Origin: Camelus dromedarius
Lineage: Eukaryota
DNA length: 64,000 bases
Assembly (NCBI RefSeq): GCF_036321535.1
Contig: NC_087437.1
Location: forward strand, 35,032,001-35,096,000
Direction of reading: 5' to 3'
Shown: one piece after another, positions 48,330-61,700 of the stretch
Layout: each line of letters opens with the position of its first letter
Position numbering within the stretch: position 1 is the stretch's first letter
Translations under genes and position numbers: made by a program
The notes under the pieces: generated by a model
Told to the model about the DNA's origin: nothing
Seen by the model: the letters and a program-made list of their open reading frames with translations, nothing else
The model's database searches: none

Positions 48330-51300
48330 TTTGTTTAAATGACTTTTCTTTCTTTTGAGCAGTTTTAGATTCACAGCAAAATTAAGAGGTAAAAGATTTC
48401 CTACATATCCCTTGCCTCTACACATGCATAGCTTCCGTTTTTAATGCCCTTCTCCCACCAGAGTGGTACATTTGTTCCAGTTGATGAATCTGCACTGACA
48501 CATTGTAATCACCCAAAGTCCATATTTTACCTTAAGTTTCAGTCTTGGTATTTTCTGTGGGTTTGGACAAATGTATAATGACATGAATCCCATCATTATA
48601 GTGTCATGCAGGATATTTTAACTGCCCTGAAAATCCTCTGTGCTTTGCCTATTCATCTTCCCTCCCTCCTAACCACTGACAATCACTGATTTTTTTTTTT
48701 TAATACTGTCTCTCCAATTTTGCCTTTTCCAGAATGTCATACAGTTGGACTCATACAGTCTTTACAAATTGCCTCTTTCACTTAGTAATGTGCATTTAAG
48801 ATTCCTACATGTCTTTTCATGGTTTGATAGCTCTTTTTTGTTTTTGTTTTTTTCTTTAATGCCAAACAGTGTTTCATTGTTTCAGTGTACCAGTTTACTC
48901 ATTCACCTACTGAAGGACATCTTGGTTGCTTTCAATTTTGACAATTTATGAATAAAGTTGCTGTGAACATCCTTTTGCATGTTTTTGTGTGGACATGTGT
49001 TTTCAGCTTCTTTGGGTAAATACCAAAGAGCATGTTTGTTGCATTGTTTGGTAAGAGTATGTTTACTTTGTAAGAAAGTGCCAAACTGTCTTCCAAAGTG
49101 GCAGTATCATTTTGCATTCCCACCAGCAATGTTCCTCTTGTTCCACATCTTCACATTTGGTGTTGTCAGTGTTTAGGATTTTGGCCATTCTAATAGTCTG
49201 TGTTAGTATCTTACTGTCATTTTAATTTATATTTCCCTGATGACACGATGTGGGGTATTTTCCATATGCTTTTTGCCATCTGAATGTCTTTGGTGAGGTG
49301 TCTGTTAAGATCTTTGGCTCATTTCTTAATCAGGTTGTTTGTTTTCTTACTGCTGAGTTATAAGAGTTATTTGTCAATTTTGGATAATAGTCCTTTGTTA
49401 GATGTGTTTTTTTGCACATATTTCCTTTCAGGCTCGTTTATCTTCTTACTCTCTTGACATTGTCACAGAGCAGAAATTTCTAATTTTATTGAAGTCCAGT
49501 TTATCAACTATTCTTTCATGGATCCTGCTTTTGGTGTTGTATCTAAATAGTCATTGCCAAACCCAAGGTCAGCTAGATTTCTCCTTTGTTATCTTCTAGG
49601 GGTTTTATAGTTGTGTATTTTACACTTAGGTCTGTGATCCATTTTGAGTTAGTTTTTGTGGTGAATGTAAGGTTTGTGTCTAGATTGACTTTTTTTTTTT
49701 TTTTTGGCTTGCTGATGTCCAGTTGTTCCAGCACCATTAGTTGAAAACACTGTCTTTGCTTCATTGTATTGCTTTTGCTCCCTTGTCAAAGATCAGTTAA
49801 CTGTATTTATGTGGGTGTATTTCTGGGCTCTCTGTTTTGTTCCATTGATCTATTTGTTCTTTAGTCAGTACCATACTGTCTTGCTTACTGTAGCATTATA
49901 GTAATGCTTGGGTAGTGTCAATCCTACAACCTTTTCTTCAGTTGAGAAAGTTGGGTAGTGTCAATCCTACAACCTTTTCTTCAGAATTGTGTTGACTATC
50001 CTGGATCTTTTGCCTCTGTGTACAAACTTTAAAATCAGTTGTCAATATCCACAAAATAACTTGTTGAGATTTTTTTAAATTGAAATAAAGTTGATGTACA
50101 ATAGTATTTTATTTTCAGGTGTACTACACAAGTGATATGAGTTTTGCATCTATTATGAAATGATCACCATGGTAAGGACTAGTAATCATTACAGAGTTAT
50201 TACAGTATTATTGACCATATTCCTTGTGCTGTATGTTACACCTTCATGGCTTAACTTGTTAGGATTTTGATCAGAACTGCATGAATCTTAAGATCAAGTT
50301 GTGCAGAACTTACATCTTGACAATATTGAGTTTTCCTGTCAATGAACATGGAACATCTCTCTGTTTTAGTTATTTGATTTTGTTCATCAGACTTTTGTAG
50401 TTTTCCTCATAGAGGTCTTACACATATTTTGTCAGATTTACACCTTAGTATTTCATTTTTTTGGGTGCTAATGTAAATTATATTTTTAAATTTCAAATTC
50501 CACTGTTTTCATGTTGGTATATAGGGGAGTGACTGACTTTGGTTTATAACCTTGTGTCCTGTAATCTTGCTATGTTCCACGAGTGTTTTTGTCCAGTCAG
50601 ATCTTCTTTGTAGATGATCATGTCATCTGCAGCGATAATTTTATTTTTTTCTTCTCAATCTATATACCTGTCATTTCCTTTTCTTGTCTTTTACATTAGC
50701 TAGATTTTCCAGTAGGATATTGAAAATGTGCAGTGAGAGGGAACATTCTTGACTTGTAGGATCTTAGTGGGAAATCTCCAAGTTTCTCACCTTTAAGTGT
50801 AATGCTGGTTAAGTTTTTTTTTTTTTCTTAAGTAGATATTCTTTATCAAGTGAAGGAAGTTTCTCTCAATTCCTAGTTTACTGAGAGTTTTTATCATGAA
50901 TGAGGGTTGGATTTTGTTACATGCTTTGTCTTTATGTGTTGATACCATCATGTGATTTTGTTTGTTTTCCTTTTTAGCGTGTTGATGTGGTCGATGGGTT
51001 TTTCAAATGTTGAACTAGCCTTGCACACATAGGTTAAATCCCACTTGGTCATGGTGTACAATTCTTTTATATTTTGTTGAGGATTTTTGAATCTGTGTTC
51101 ATGAGAAATTGGTCTGTAGATTGTTTTCCTTGTAATGTCTTCCGTTTTGGTTTTAGGGTAATGCTGGTTTTGTAAAAAAGTTAGGAAGTATTCCCTCTGC
51201 TTCCATCTTCTGGAAAAGACTGTAGAGGAATGGTATAATTTCTGCCTTAAATGTTTGATACAGTTCACCATTGAATCCATCTGGGCCCAGTGCTTTCTGT

Positions 51301-51360
51301 TTTGAAAGATTATTAATTATTGACTCAAGTTTCTTTGATAGATATCAGTCTATTCCTGTG
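48330..51360 (-). mobile_element. About 3 kb 5'-truncated L1 (ORF2 3' half and 3' UTR) in NMD3 intron 11
   Basis: Minus-strand remnants such as YRPIS and LLGIYPK-like peptides; continuous L1-like T-rich plus strand. Confidence 0.9.
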
Positions 51361-51927
51361 TCCTTTTTTAAAAATTGAAGTATAGTCAATTTACAATTTT
51401 CATTATAGGCCATTACAAGGTATTGAATATAGTTACCTGTGCTATACAGTAAGATTTTGTTGTTTATCTGCTACCTATGTTGTTCTTTTGACATAACTTC
51501 TCTAGTCTTTGAAAGCGTTCTTTCTGGCACACCACCACATCATTTACGTGTTCCAAAATCACATTGTATAGTTCTTACCCCGTATCTGAAATTAGGTATT
51601 TCTTCAAGGATGTTAAGTCTGATTTCTTTTCTGCTGTGAAATAGTATTTTGAGGTCCCCCCAAACTGGATACTAACAGTGCTCATTTCTTTTGAGGTAAT
51701 TTTGTCTTGAGACAAAACTAACCTCTGATAATTTGGGGGAAATCAATGGAAATGGAAAAATTAATTACTTTTCATATTTTTATTTAAAAAATTTAATAAT
51801 ATGATTAAGAGCAAACTTCTTATCTTTTAAGCATCTCTTCTCAGGCATATATAAAATGAGATATTATACTTTCTTTGCTTTCAGAAAATGCATTTAGCTA
51901 GAATTTAGTCTTTCCCTGGTGATTCAC

Positions 51928-52120
<193 letters not shown>

Positions 52121-52969
52121 GATTCATTTTTTTTTTCCAGTTTTTTCCCCTAAATCTGGATTTTTTCCTGAATCTGATGTCTGTTATTTTAGTTTCTTCC
52201 TCTATTGCTACCTCTTCATTTCACCTCTTTGAGTTTCCTTAATTCTGTGTATAACTTTTTTACTTGGGTCTGTTTTTGTTAGTAAAAGGTACTGGCATGT
52301 ACTATACTTAATTCAGCCTGGAAGTTTGAAATGTCAGTTAAATTGTAAAATTCCATGTTGGAATGGGGCTTTAATGGTTTTCTACTTTAAAAGTTCAAAT
52401 TTGGGATGTTATTTCTATGACAAATAGTTTAGAAGAAAAAAGTTAAACCTCAAAATAGTAGGCATTCAAAAAATAGATTTAAAGATTTGGGTTCTCTTGT
52501 GGTAGTGGTGCCACTGGGATTGCTAGATTATTTTCTGTGAGTCCTGTTTTTTTAAACTTACGTAAAACAAAGGGTTGCTTAAAATGTTACCTGAATTTTA
52601 GACTCCCCTACGTTTAAAAAAATTTTTTTTTTTGCTCAGTCTGTATTGGCCCATCTCGTTGTGAAACATATCTTTTGAGAATTCTACATATGTGTCTGTT
52701 TTTAGGTGACAATGTTAATGTCTTATAAAAGCTTTGAATAAAATCTTAATAAAATATTATCTTATGAGTTACTTATGAATCTTTTTCTGTACTCATAATT
52801 CTGTAATTTGTGAACTTTGACAGTATGTCAGAAGTCTGGAAAATAATACAATTTCTGTCTTTAAAATGAAAATCAGAAAACCAAAATCAACATTGTATTT
52901 AACTTTTCCATGAGGTGCTTTTTAAGTTATGCTTAGATTATTGAAGAGTACATTTTCTTTCCTGTTAAG

Positions 52970-53082
52970 CATACCCTCGGAGAAGTCTGGGTACAGAAAA
53001 CATCTGAAATGAATACAGATAAACAGTATTTTTGCCGCACTCATTTGGGACATCTTCTAAATCCTGGAGACCTGGTGTTGGG
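52970..53082 (+). CDS. NMD3: NMD3 exon 12: HTLGEVWVQKTSEMNTDKQYFCRTHLGHLLNPGDLVL(G)
   Basis: ttaag| acceptor, GG|GTTTGT donor, 113 nt; RTHLGHLL motif. Confidence 0.95.
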
Positions 53083-53895
53083 GTTTGTATTATCTTGCAG
53101 TATTTTAAACTGTCAGTTAGCACTGCAGATTTTCTCTGGGAGCCAGTGGAGCAATCTAAAATACTAGAGTTGTTTATTCTAAAAAGAATTTAAGAGTTCT
53201 TAGGAACCTTTTAGCTCATTTTATTTTTGATAAATAAATTAAACTATTTATTGGATAGAGGATAGAAGCCCATAGTTATTCCATTTTGGCCATCATCTTA
53301 AAGAGTCATTTGTTACAAGATTTTGAGAAATTGAACCCTGAAGTTATATGATTAGATTATATTTATAGCCTTTTGGAGGAAGCAGGTAGTTTTTTATTAT
53401 GCATATGCTGCTGTTAAAATATTTCCCTTTTAAAATATGGCAGCTGTATGTGTAAGAGCTCTTTACAGGTATAGGACAGTCCATTCTGATGCAGAACTTA
53501 TAAGCATGCATTAAACATTACTTTTGCTCTTAGGGTTTCAGTTCCTTTTACTAGACAATGAAAGGTGTTTTGTTTTTGTTATTTATAATCTAAATGGGAC
53601 CATCTCACTGAATCCTAATGTTAGACCAAATATAATTGTTTTGCTTCTTTTGCAAGTATATGGTGAGGTGGACAATAATGGATGACATGTGAAACTCAGA
53701 GATAGAGTACATTATTTTATTTACTGGAATCTGTAGAAACATGTTCACTGTGTAGTACACTGCAAAACTTTTAAAGTGAGAAAGCATTAAATGTTTGATC
53801 TTAGAAGGAACTTTTAGGTGATCATCTATGAAATAAAAAGTTACATGGAAAGAATAAATGTTTTTGTAATTAAGTGTCTTATGTTTTCATTTTAG

Positions 53896-53968
53896 GTTTG
53901 ATTTGGCCAACTGTAACTTAAATGATGAGCATGTCAATAAAATGAAATCAGATAGAATCCCAGATGTG
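53896..53968 (+). CDS. NMD3: NMD3 exon 13: FDLANCNLNDEHVNKMKSDRIPDV
   Basis: tttag| acceptor, GTG|GTAAGG donor, 73 nt. Confidence 0.96.
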
Positions 53969-55306
53969 GTAAGGCTTTAGATTTTTCCCCTTTTTTCCTG
54001 TGTTAACAAAGGATTGATGTAACTCTTATGGGTAAGATGCATAAATTCACATTTTTGGAAATAACAAATCAATTTAGAGATTCCTTTTGATATTGCAGTT
54101 AAAGTGTAATAGCAAAACCTTCCTTTAAAATAATTATTCTTGGTAGGTAAAATTCAGGATTTATTGAGTGTTTTGGTTGCTCTTATAATCAGATTTTCAT
54201 TCTGTCAAAATGTTTGATGGTATCTGTAGAACAAAAATTTGCAACGAAAAATGATGACCTTTAGAATTTATTGCTGTTCATTCTTTTAGGCTCAGTATAT
54301 TATGTATTGTTTAGTTAAGGCATTTAGAGTTAAAACCATTTTTCAGGTTTGAAATTTAATTGTAGTTGAAAATAATCTCACAGTATCAAGTCTTAGAGAA
54401 AAAAATGTTACTTTTGAAAAAAAATCTGTTAAATTCTAACATGAGTTTATATGAATCATGAGCAACAGTGAATGTGAAGTGTGAAAAAGACTGTATCTCC
54501 TGCTTGCTTATTCTTTTAAAATAAACATTGATTGCTTTAGCTGTGGTCAAAAATAACAGAAATAAAGTCATGGCATAAGAAAGGCTCTCTTTCTTACCAC
54601 CCAGTTGTACTTTTATTAATTAATAAATTAGTAAATAGAAGCATGGTTTAGGTAAGTCTAAATAGGTATTTCTCACAAAGTTGTAAGAGAAGATCAAGAT
54701 GGTCTTACAAAATTTTGTATTGTAAAGTTATTTTCATTTAAACAGTCCACACTTTATTAAACTGTTGTAGGACATACAGTTGTGAGAAATATGTATAGTT
54801 CTATAAGTGTTTATTAGGAGTAAAAGGGAGAAAAAATGTCTGCCTGTGATAATGTTTCAGAATGATTTATGTGAATGATAGCTGAAAGCTACTATACTTT
54901 GGTATAAAGAAAAAAACAGTCACCAAAAACATGAAGTTTTTGGTGTAAAATATTTCAATTTTAAATCATTGGAAGATTTCAGTTTTCATTTTAATAATTA
55001 TACAATTTATTAATAATTTTAATAATTATACAAATAAGGGTTAAATGCATTCTCATAAAATACTAAGTATGTTAAGAAAAATGTTAAATGGTCTCTTGAC
55101 ACTGCTTCTTGAGCCCTACTCTTTTCCCTGACTACTATCAGGTATGAGGTACAACCACTATCATCAGTTTGGTGACTTCCTGGCATTCCCATAACCTTTC
55201 ATTTTTTAATTTTATTGGATTTTGAGGTACTGTTACCTAGTTCCCTTTTTTTGTTCAAATACAAATATTTTGTAGAAATATTTGCAAATATTTCTATTAC
55301 TTTTAG

Positions 55307-55413
55307 GTATTAATCAAGAAGAGCTATGACCGTACCAAACGTCAACGTCGTAGAAACTGGAAACTAAAAGAGCTTGCAAAAGAGAGAGAAAACATGGATG
55401 CAGATAATGAAAG
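55307..55413 (+). CDS. NMD3: NMD3 exon 14: VLIKKSYDRTKRQRRRNWKLKELAKERENMDADNE(R), contains the basic NLS
   Basis: tttag| acceptor, AG|GTTCCA donor (weak), 107 nt; phase fits exon 15. Confidence 0.95.
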
Positions 55414-56299
55414 GTTCCACTTTTCTTTAAACTTCATATGTTTTCTCAAAGGAAATCCTTGTGATAAATCTTTATGGTTTTTATATTGTAAAGAAATAGT
55501 TGTCACACAGTTGGTCCTTGTACTCAGTATTAATTTTGTATTCTTATCAATGTGTTGTTTGGATCGGTATAAGCGGACATAATGACATTTAACACAGTTT
55601 TAGTTATTATTGGCTGAGTTATGATTGTAGATGATTCATTTGAAAAGTTAAAATATAATGAGCACCTTGTGGATATCACAAATAGCAAATGAGTACTTCA
55701 GACGGTATAAAAAGAAAACAGCTCATTGATATGAGATATTCTGTTTGTCAAATAACAATGAGAAATGAAGATATTGTGTTCTAGAGAAGTGTATTGGATG
55801 ATTGGAAAAGTGGCCTTAATGATGGTGAAGACACTGTTAGGATAAAATTGTGTCGTGAAATGTGAGTGGAAAATAGCAGTGTTTCTAAAATATAATCTCA
55901 TAGTATAATTTAAAATAAGTATGTATAAGTATATCATGTTAACTTAATTAGATATTATAAGTATATATTTGACTATTTCATTTATAGTCTTAAAATGTGT
56001 ATTTCAACTTGGCCATAAATTTTTGCAGGGGAGGATGAAGTTTGAAGGGGTCTTCTCATTGTCGTGTATTTAATGTCACCTTATATTCAGTGTGTATTTT
56101 TTTTATCATGTAATTTTGAAAGAAAAGATTTTTTAAAAACCTGTCAGAGTATTGACATCCATATCTGACCTTCAGTTATTATTTTAAGGATTTTAATACT
56201 TGGAACACATTTATCTTATAGTGCTGAAAGTGAAGAAAACATAATTTCATACTTTCTTGGTAAAGATGAAATATTTGAATGTTTCTTTATCCTTCTTAG

Positions 56300-56370
56300 G
56301 CAATACCAAGATTTCCTTGAAGATCTTGAAGAAGATGAGGCAATTAGAAAAAATGTAAACATTTACAGAG
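56300..56370 (+). CDS. NMD3: NMD3 exon 15: QYQDFLEDLEEDEAIRKNVNIYR(D)
   Basis: cttag| acceptor, G|GTTGGT donor, 71 nt. Confidence 0.96.
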
Positions 56371-56818
56371 GTTGGTGTTTTAGGAGTGTTTAAGTTGTGT
56401 CTTCTGTGTATAGATATATTATACCAGTGTGAGTATTTTGTTATCTTAAACTTTGATTCCATAAATGACCTATTACATGTTTTTAAAACAACTAAACATT
56501 TACTCCCTCTTCCCCCAAATAACCCCCCAAAACTTGAACAGTAATAGTTATTAAAATGTTGTTTACTATACCACATTAGAAATCATTTGCATCCTAGCAT
56601 GAGCCCTCAAATTTGCTGATCCCTTTACTAGTAGATAGTTACTCATAATACATTTATGGAAGTTCAGTCATTCAATGCATATTTAAATGCCTGTTCTAGA
56701 TATGGTATAAGAGCTGTGGATATAATATGATTAAATAATACATCAATGATGATGGTGGCAGTATTTGCATATTTCCTTATTTATATTTATTTGAAATCCT
56801 CTTTGTATTTTTCCTTAG

Positions 56819-56949
56819 ATTCAACCATTCCGGTGGAAAGTGACACAGATGATGAAGGAGCACCTCGTATTAGTCTGGCGGAGATGCTTGAAGACCTTCA
56901 CATTTCCCAGGATGCTACTGGTGAAGAAGGTGAATCAATGATGACATAA
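56819..56949 (+). CDS. NMD3: NMD3 exon 16 coding part: STIPVESDTDDEGAPRISLAEMLEDLHISQDATGEEGESMMT*, contains the CRM1-type NES
   Basis: cttag| acceptor, TAA stop at 56947-56949; LAEMLEDLHI leucine-rich NES. Confidence 0.97.
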
Positions 56950-58202
56950 TGAGATAATGTTGTAGATGGTTTCCACATCCTTAGGCTCAGGATGTTAGAT
57001 GGAATAACTTTTTGTTTTTTCTGTCTATGCTTTCATATTGAGAAGGAGAAATTTAGTTTTAAACCTGACTAAATATGACTATTTTGATTGCTCACTTGAA
57101 GACTGGAAAAAGATTGATGGCTTTGAAGCTTTAGATAAAAGATTATGGAGAATGTAATTATTGCTGATATTTAGGCCATTTTATGTATGGAGTTTTATGG
57201 GCTTGCTTTTTTATGAGACGATAGTATTTTCACATACTATAACTCTGGGTTTAAAAGCTGACAAGTTGTGATTCCTTGGAGGTTACCTAAATCCTCAAGC
57301 ATATAACAAGCTTTTACATTCTTTTTATATTAATTGCTTTAGTAAAAGAGTATATGAGAAATAATTTTTAATATGAATTTGCCACGCACGTTGATCCACT
57401 TTAGATCATTTTTATATCCTTGGAATAGGGAAGTTGGAGTTCAGTTTATCATTGGACATTCAATAGGAAAGTTAATCTTTTTCAATTCACAATATTTACT
57501 TCTTTGAAAGCCGGAGGTTATCTTAATTTTTAATGCAGAAGAAAGTATATTTAAAATATTTGTGGATTTGTAGCAAACGTAGACTATTTAAAGGTTAAAG
57601 AGCAGTTTATACCTTTGTTGTTTTGGTCTGTGCCAGCAGCTTAGTGCAGTAGCTGCTTATGTCATAAAAATGTCTTCCTATCACTTCAAAGGTTTTGCTT
57701 TTAAAATTTTGATTTACAAATTGAGAAGGAATTCTTTTTCTGTAAGTTTCTATCATTGAATGAATGTATCATCATCAAAAAGAATATTAGAATCCAGCAG
57801 ATAGATGAAGAAGTAACAAAAATGATCTTCATGCTTTATAAAACTGCAAATCAGATATGAATGAGGAATGCCTTCCACATCCTTGAAGGAGAAGCCTTGG
57901 CTTGGGTTTTAAAGTGTTCTGAAAATGAAGTATTAAGATCCTATTCCTATAAGCAAGATTGGACTTACTAAGCATGCCAGAACTAAGAGCTAATTCATAA
58001 ATTCTGTATACACCACTAAATAAGGGAATTGAGTAAGTGCTGAATGGGACCACTTCCCTTTATAAGATTCGACTCCCTAATTGAGAAGTTCTGAATAAAA
58101 CCGTATGCTTTCTGAGGTGGCTCCTTTTCTGTCTTCATATTTAAAGTTTTTATATGTGGTATGTGTTTACCTCTTCTATGTGAAGAGTTTAAAAAGCATG
58201 AA

Positions 58203-58208
58203 AATAAA
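58203..58208 (+). terminator. NMD3: Probable NMD3 poly(A) signal (alternative AATAAA at 58094-58099)
   Basis: AATAAA followed about 15-25 nt later by a T/GT-rich element (TTTTTGTGT). Confidence 0.6.
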
Positions 58209-58949
58209 AATGTTCTCCCCATTTTTGTGTCCTTGAAGTGGTTACATCAGTGTCTATCTCATGCAGTTTTTCAAAGTAGAACTAATCTTAAAGTACTTGT
58301 CATATGATTTTCCCACTGAAAAATACAGTTTCCCACTAGCCATATTTAGTCGTACTCATTTTGATGATGTGTCTTTGTGAGTAATGAAACCTGTTAAAAG
58401 AAGGCTGTGCCAAGGTGAGGGAATATAGTTAAAAGCTGTTAGCCAAGAGTGTGCACAGTTACAGAGCCTTGATAAAACCACCATTTTAGAGTGTAGCTCC
58501 TAGGCTTCTGGGTCCCAAAATAAACTCGTTGATGTCCCAGAGTTGATACAATTTGGGAATTAATCAAAATCACAGTCACCTGATTTATAAATATAAATAA
58601 TTTCTAAGTCAGTATGATTCATTATTTTTTGTAGCCAGATCTTCGTGAAGCTGCTGTTTTATAAGTTAAGGTCACTAATGAGCAAGGAAATAGTTGAGGG
58701 GAGAGAGTTGCTTGTATAGTTCAGATGTTTAACAGCATTGAGCTAATTCCTTGCTTAAGATCTGGTTCATTTAAGCAAGAACCCAGAATTCCAGGCAATG
58801 TGCTGAAACACACTTCTCTGGTCAGTACTGAGTAAGTGCCAAGAGTTTTCCCATGACTCTTAATTTATTAAATATGTTCATGTTGATTCCCATCCTTTAG
58901 ATAACTTGATCTGTTATTTTTAGCCCAAAGGATGTTTACTTTTAAAAAT

Positions 58950-61700
58950 AATTTATTTAAAATTTTGATGTCATTTCAGACAAAAGTTGCAGATTAGTAC
59001 AGAGAATTCCTGGATACCTTTCACTCACATATGCCAAATATGAATACTTAACCTCATTTACTGCTTTCCTTCTCATTTTTTTTCCTGAACCATTTAAGAG
59101 TAACTTCCTAAATATTTGCTTTTTCCCTTTCAAATCAGGGAATTTTCTTAAATAATCACAGTACAGTGATCAAAATAAGAAAACATTGATACAATACTGT
59201 TACTTAATTGTGGACCAAATTGAGATTTTTGTCAATTGTTCCAACTATAAAGTCCTTTATAGGAAAAAAAATCTAGGATTATGTGTTGCATTGAGTTCTC
59301 ATATCTGTTTAGACTTCTTTCATCTGGACCAGTTCCTGAGGTTTTTTGTTTTTGTTTTTTTTTTAATGTAATTGACATTTTTGAAGCATCCAAATCAGTT
59401 GTTTTATAGATTGACCTCAGTTTAAGCTTCTCTGAAGTTTTCTCATGATTAAATTTAGGTTAAGCCCTTTTAGTAGCAGGACTACCCCAGACATAATGCT
59501 GAATTCTCAATGCACTGCATTAGGGAACATGGGCTTTCGGTTAGTCTAGATGTTCCGAAACTTTCTTGGTTTATTTGTTGGTTTTCTCTTTGAAGGAATT
59601 AAAGGATTTAATCCTTTGCAGCTTTTATTTTAACTTGATTTTTCTTTTGAAATTCATTAATTTATAGATGGTCAAGTTTATGCTTTGATTTACAGTTCTT
59701 TGAATTTTAACATGTATAGATTCATGTAATTATCACTATAATCAAAATACAAGAAAATTCTCTTATCCCCCCCAACCTCCCTGAATTCCCTTTGCTACCC
59801 CTTTGTTTTCAAACCTTTCACTCATCCTTAACCTCCATCAGCTTCTTATCTTTTTTCTAATCTTATGGTTTGCTTTTTCCAAAATATGTAAATGAAACCA
59901 TACAGTATGTAGCTGAGTCTGGTTTTATTCACTTAGCATGGTGCACTTGAGATTCGTCTAAGTATGGTATATGTCAAGAGTACTTTTTATTTTGAATAAT
60001 ACTGAATTGTATGGATGTTAAAAAAAACCTGGTCCCCATAGCCTGCCATCCATTTACTTCATTATTTAATTCCACTCTACATTTATAGTGGTATCAGAAC
60101 TGTTAACTTATGCTCTGTGAAAAACATTATTGCAGTAAGTGCGTGTTCACAGTTCCTTTTGCCTTGAGTTTTACAGACTGCACTCATTTTCAGTTATTTA
60201 GTGACCTAAATAACTTCTCCCACCTCCTTCAGTGAAGTTGTTTTCATATATTTGTATTAGTTAGACTCTGTTGTCACATTCTGCATTTAATCCCCTGACC
60301 TCATAAATGATTTTTTAAAAGTTGCATACATTAAGGTTCATTCTTTGTGCTGTAAAGTTATATGGGTTTCGACAAATGCATAATGTCTTGTATGAGTCCA
60401 CCATTACAGTATCATACAGAATAGTTTTACTGCCCTCAGAGTCTCCTGTACTTCACCTGTTCATTCTGAACCCCATACCTTTGGCAACCACTGATCATTT
60501 CACTGTCTCTATAGTTTACCCTTTCCCAGAGGGTCATATAATTGGAATCATATAATACATAGTCTTTCATACTGGCTTCTTTCATTTAGTGATATGCCTT
60601 TACTGTTACCCTGTCTTTTGTGGCTTGTTAGTGCATTTAATTTTATTGTTGAACAATATTCCATAGTATAGATGTGCCATACTTTCTTTATCCTGTCACC
60701 TATCAAAAGATACCTTGATTAATTCCAGCTTTTGGTGATTATGAGTAAATCTACTATTAACTTCCACATGCAGGTTTTTGTGTGGATAAAAGTTTTCAGA
60801 TCAACTGAATAAATACCTAAAAGCATGATTGCCGGCTTTTACGGTAACACTACATTTAACTTTGGAAGAGACTGGCTTCCAAAGTGGCTGTGCTGTTCTA
60901 CATTCCCACCAGCAATGTGTAAGAGTTTCTGTTGCTTTGTGTCCTTGACAGTACTTGGTATTACTAGTTTTTTGGGTTTTTTTTTATTTTAGCCATTCTA
61001 ATAGGTGTACACTGGTATTTCACTGTTGTCTTAATTTGCAGTTTCCTGATGATAAATGATGATTAGTATCTTTTCCTGTGCTTATTTGCTACCTGTATAT
61101 CTTCTATAATGAAGTATCTGTTCAGATCTTTGGCCCATTTTTAAATTATATGGTTTTCTTATTGAGTTGTTTTTTTCCCTTCCTGTTTTATTGATATCTA
61201 ATTGACATACAGCACTTTATGAGTTCAAGGTATACAGTATAACGATATGACTTACATACATCATGAGAAAAATGATTATCACAGTAAATTTAGTGAACAT
61301 CCATCGTCTCAAATAGGTACAAAATTAAATTGAAAAAGAAAAAAGAAGTTTCCTTGTGATGAGAACTCTTAGGATTTTACCCTTAAAAACTTAAGTGTAT
61401 AATATGCAACAGTGTTGATTATATTCTTATTGTTGAGTTTTAAGAGTTCTTTGTATACTCTGGAGACAGGTCCTTTATCAGATATGTGTTTTGAAAATAT
61501 TTTCTTTGTGGCTTGCCTTTAAAAATATATGTGAAAATAAATATGTATGTGAGCTATTTGTATGTAATGTATGTAATTAAACATGATTGTGTAGAGATGG
61601 GATCATACTGTCTGTATATTTTTGTACCTTCTTTTTTCTTTGACATTATCTTATTAGCCTTCTCTAAGCCATTAACTATTCTTAAACATATTTAATAATA
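58950..61700 (-). mobile_element. Cluster of old L1 fragments downstream of NMD3
   Basis: Several L1 3' UTR pieces (ttccaaagtggctgtgctgttctacattcccaccagcaatg, agccattctaataggtgt). Confidence 0.75.

Noticed and set aside
50948..51280. 110-aa minus-strand ORF (also 20196-20408 and 20485-20706)
   Set aside because: Frameshifted L1 ORF2 remnants, not host genes.
55414..56299. Possible U12-type intron because of the odd GTTCCACTT donor
   Set aside because: Does not match GTATCCTT, and there is no TCCTTAAC branch site near the acceptor.
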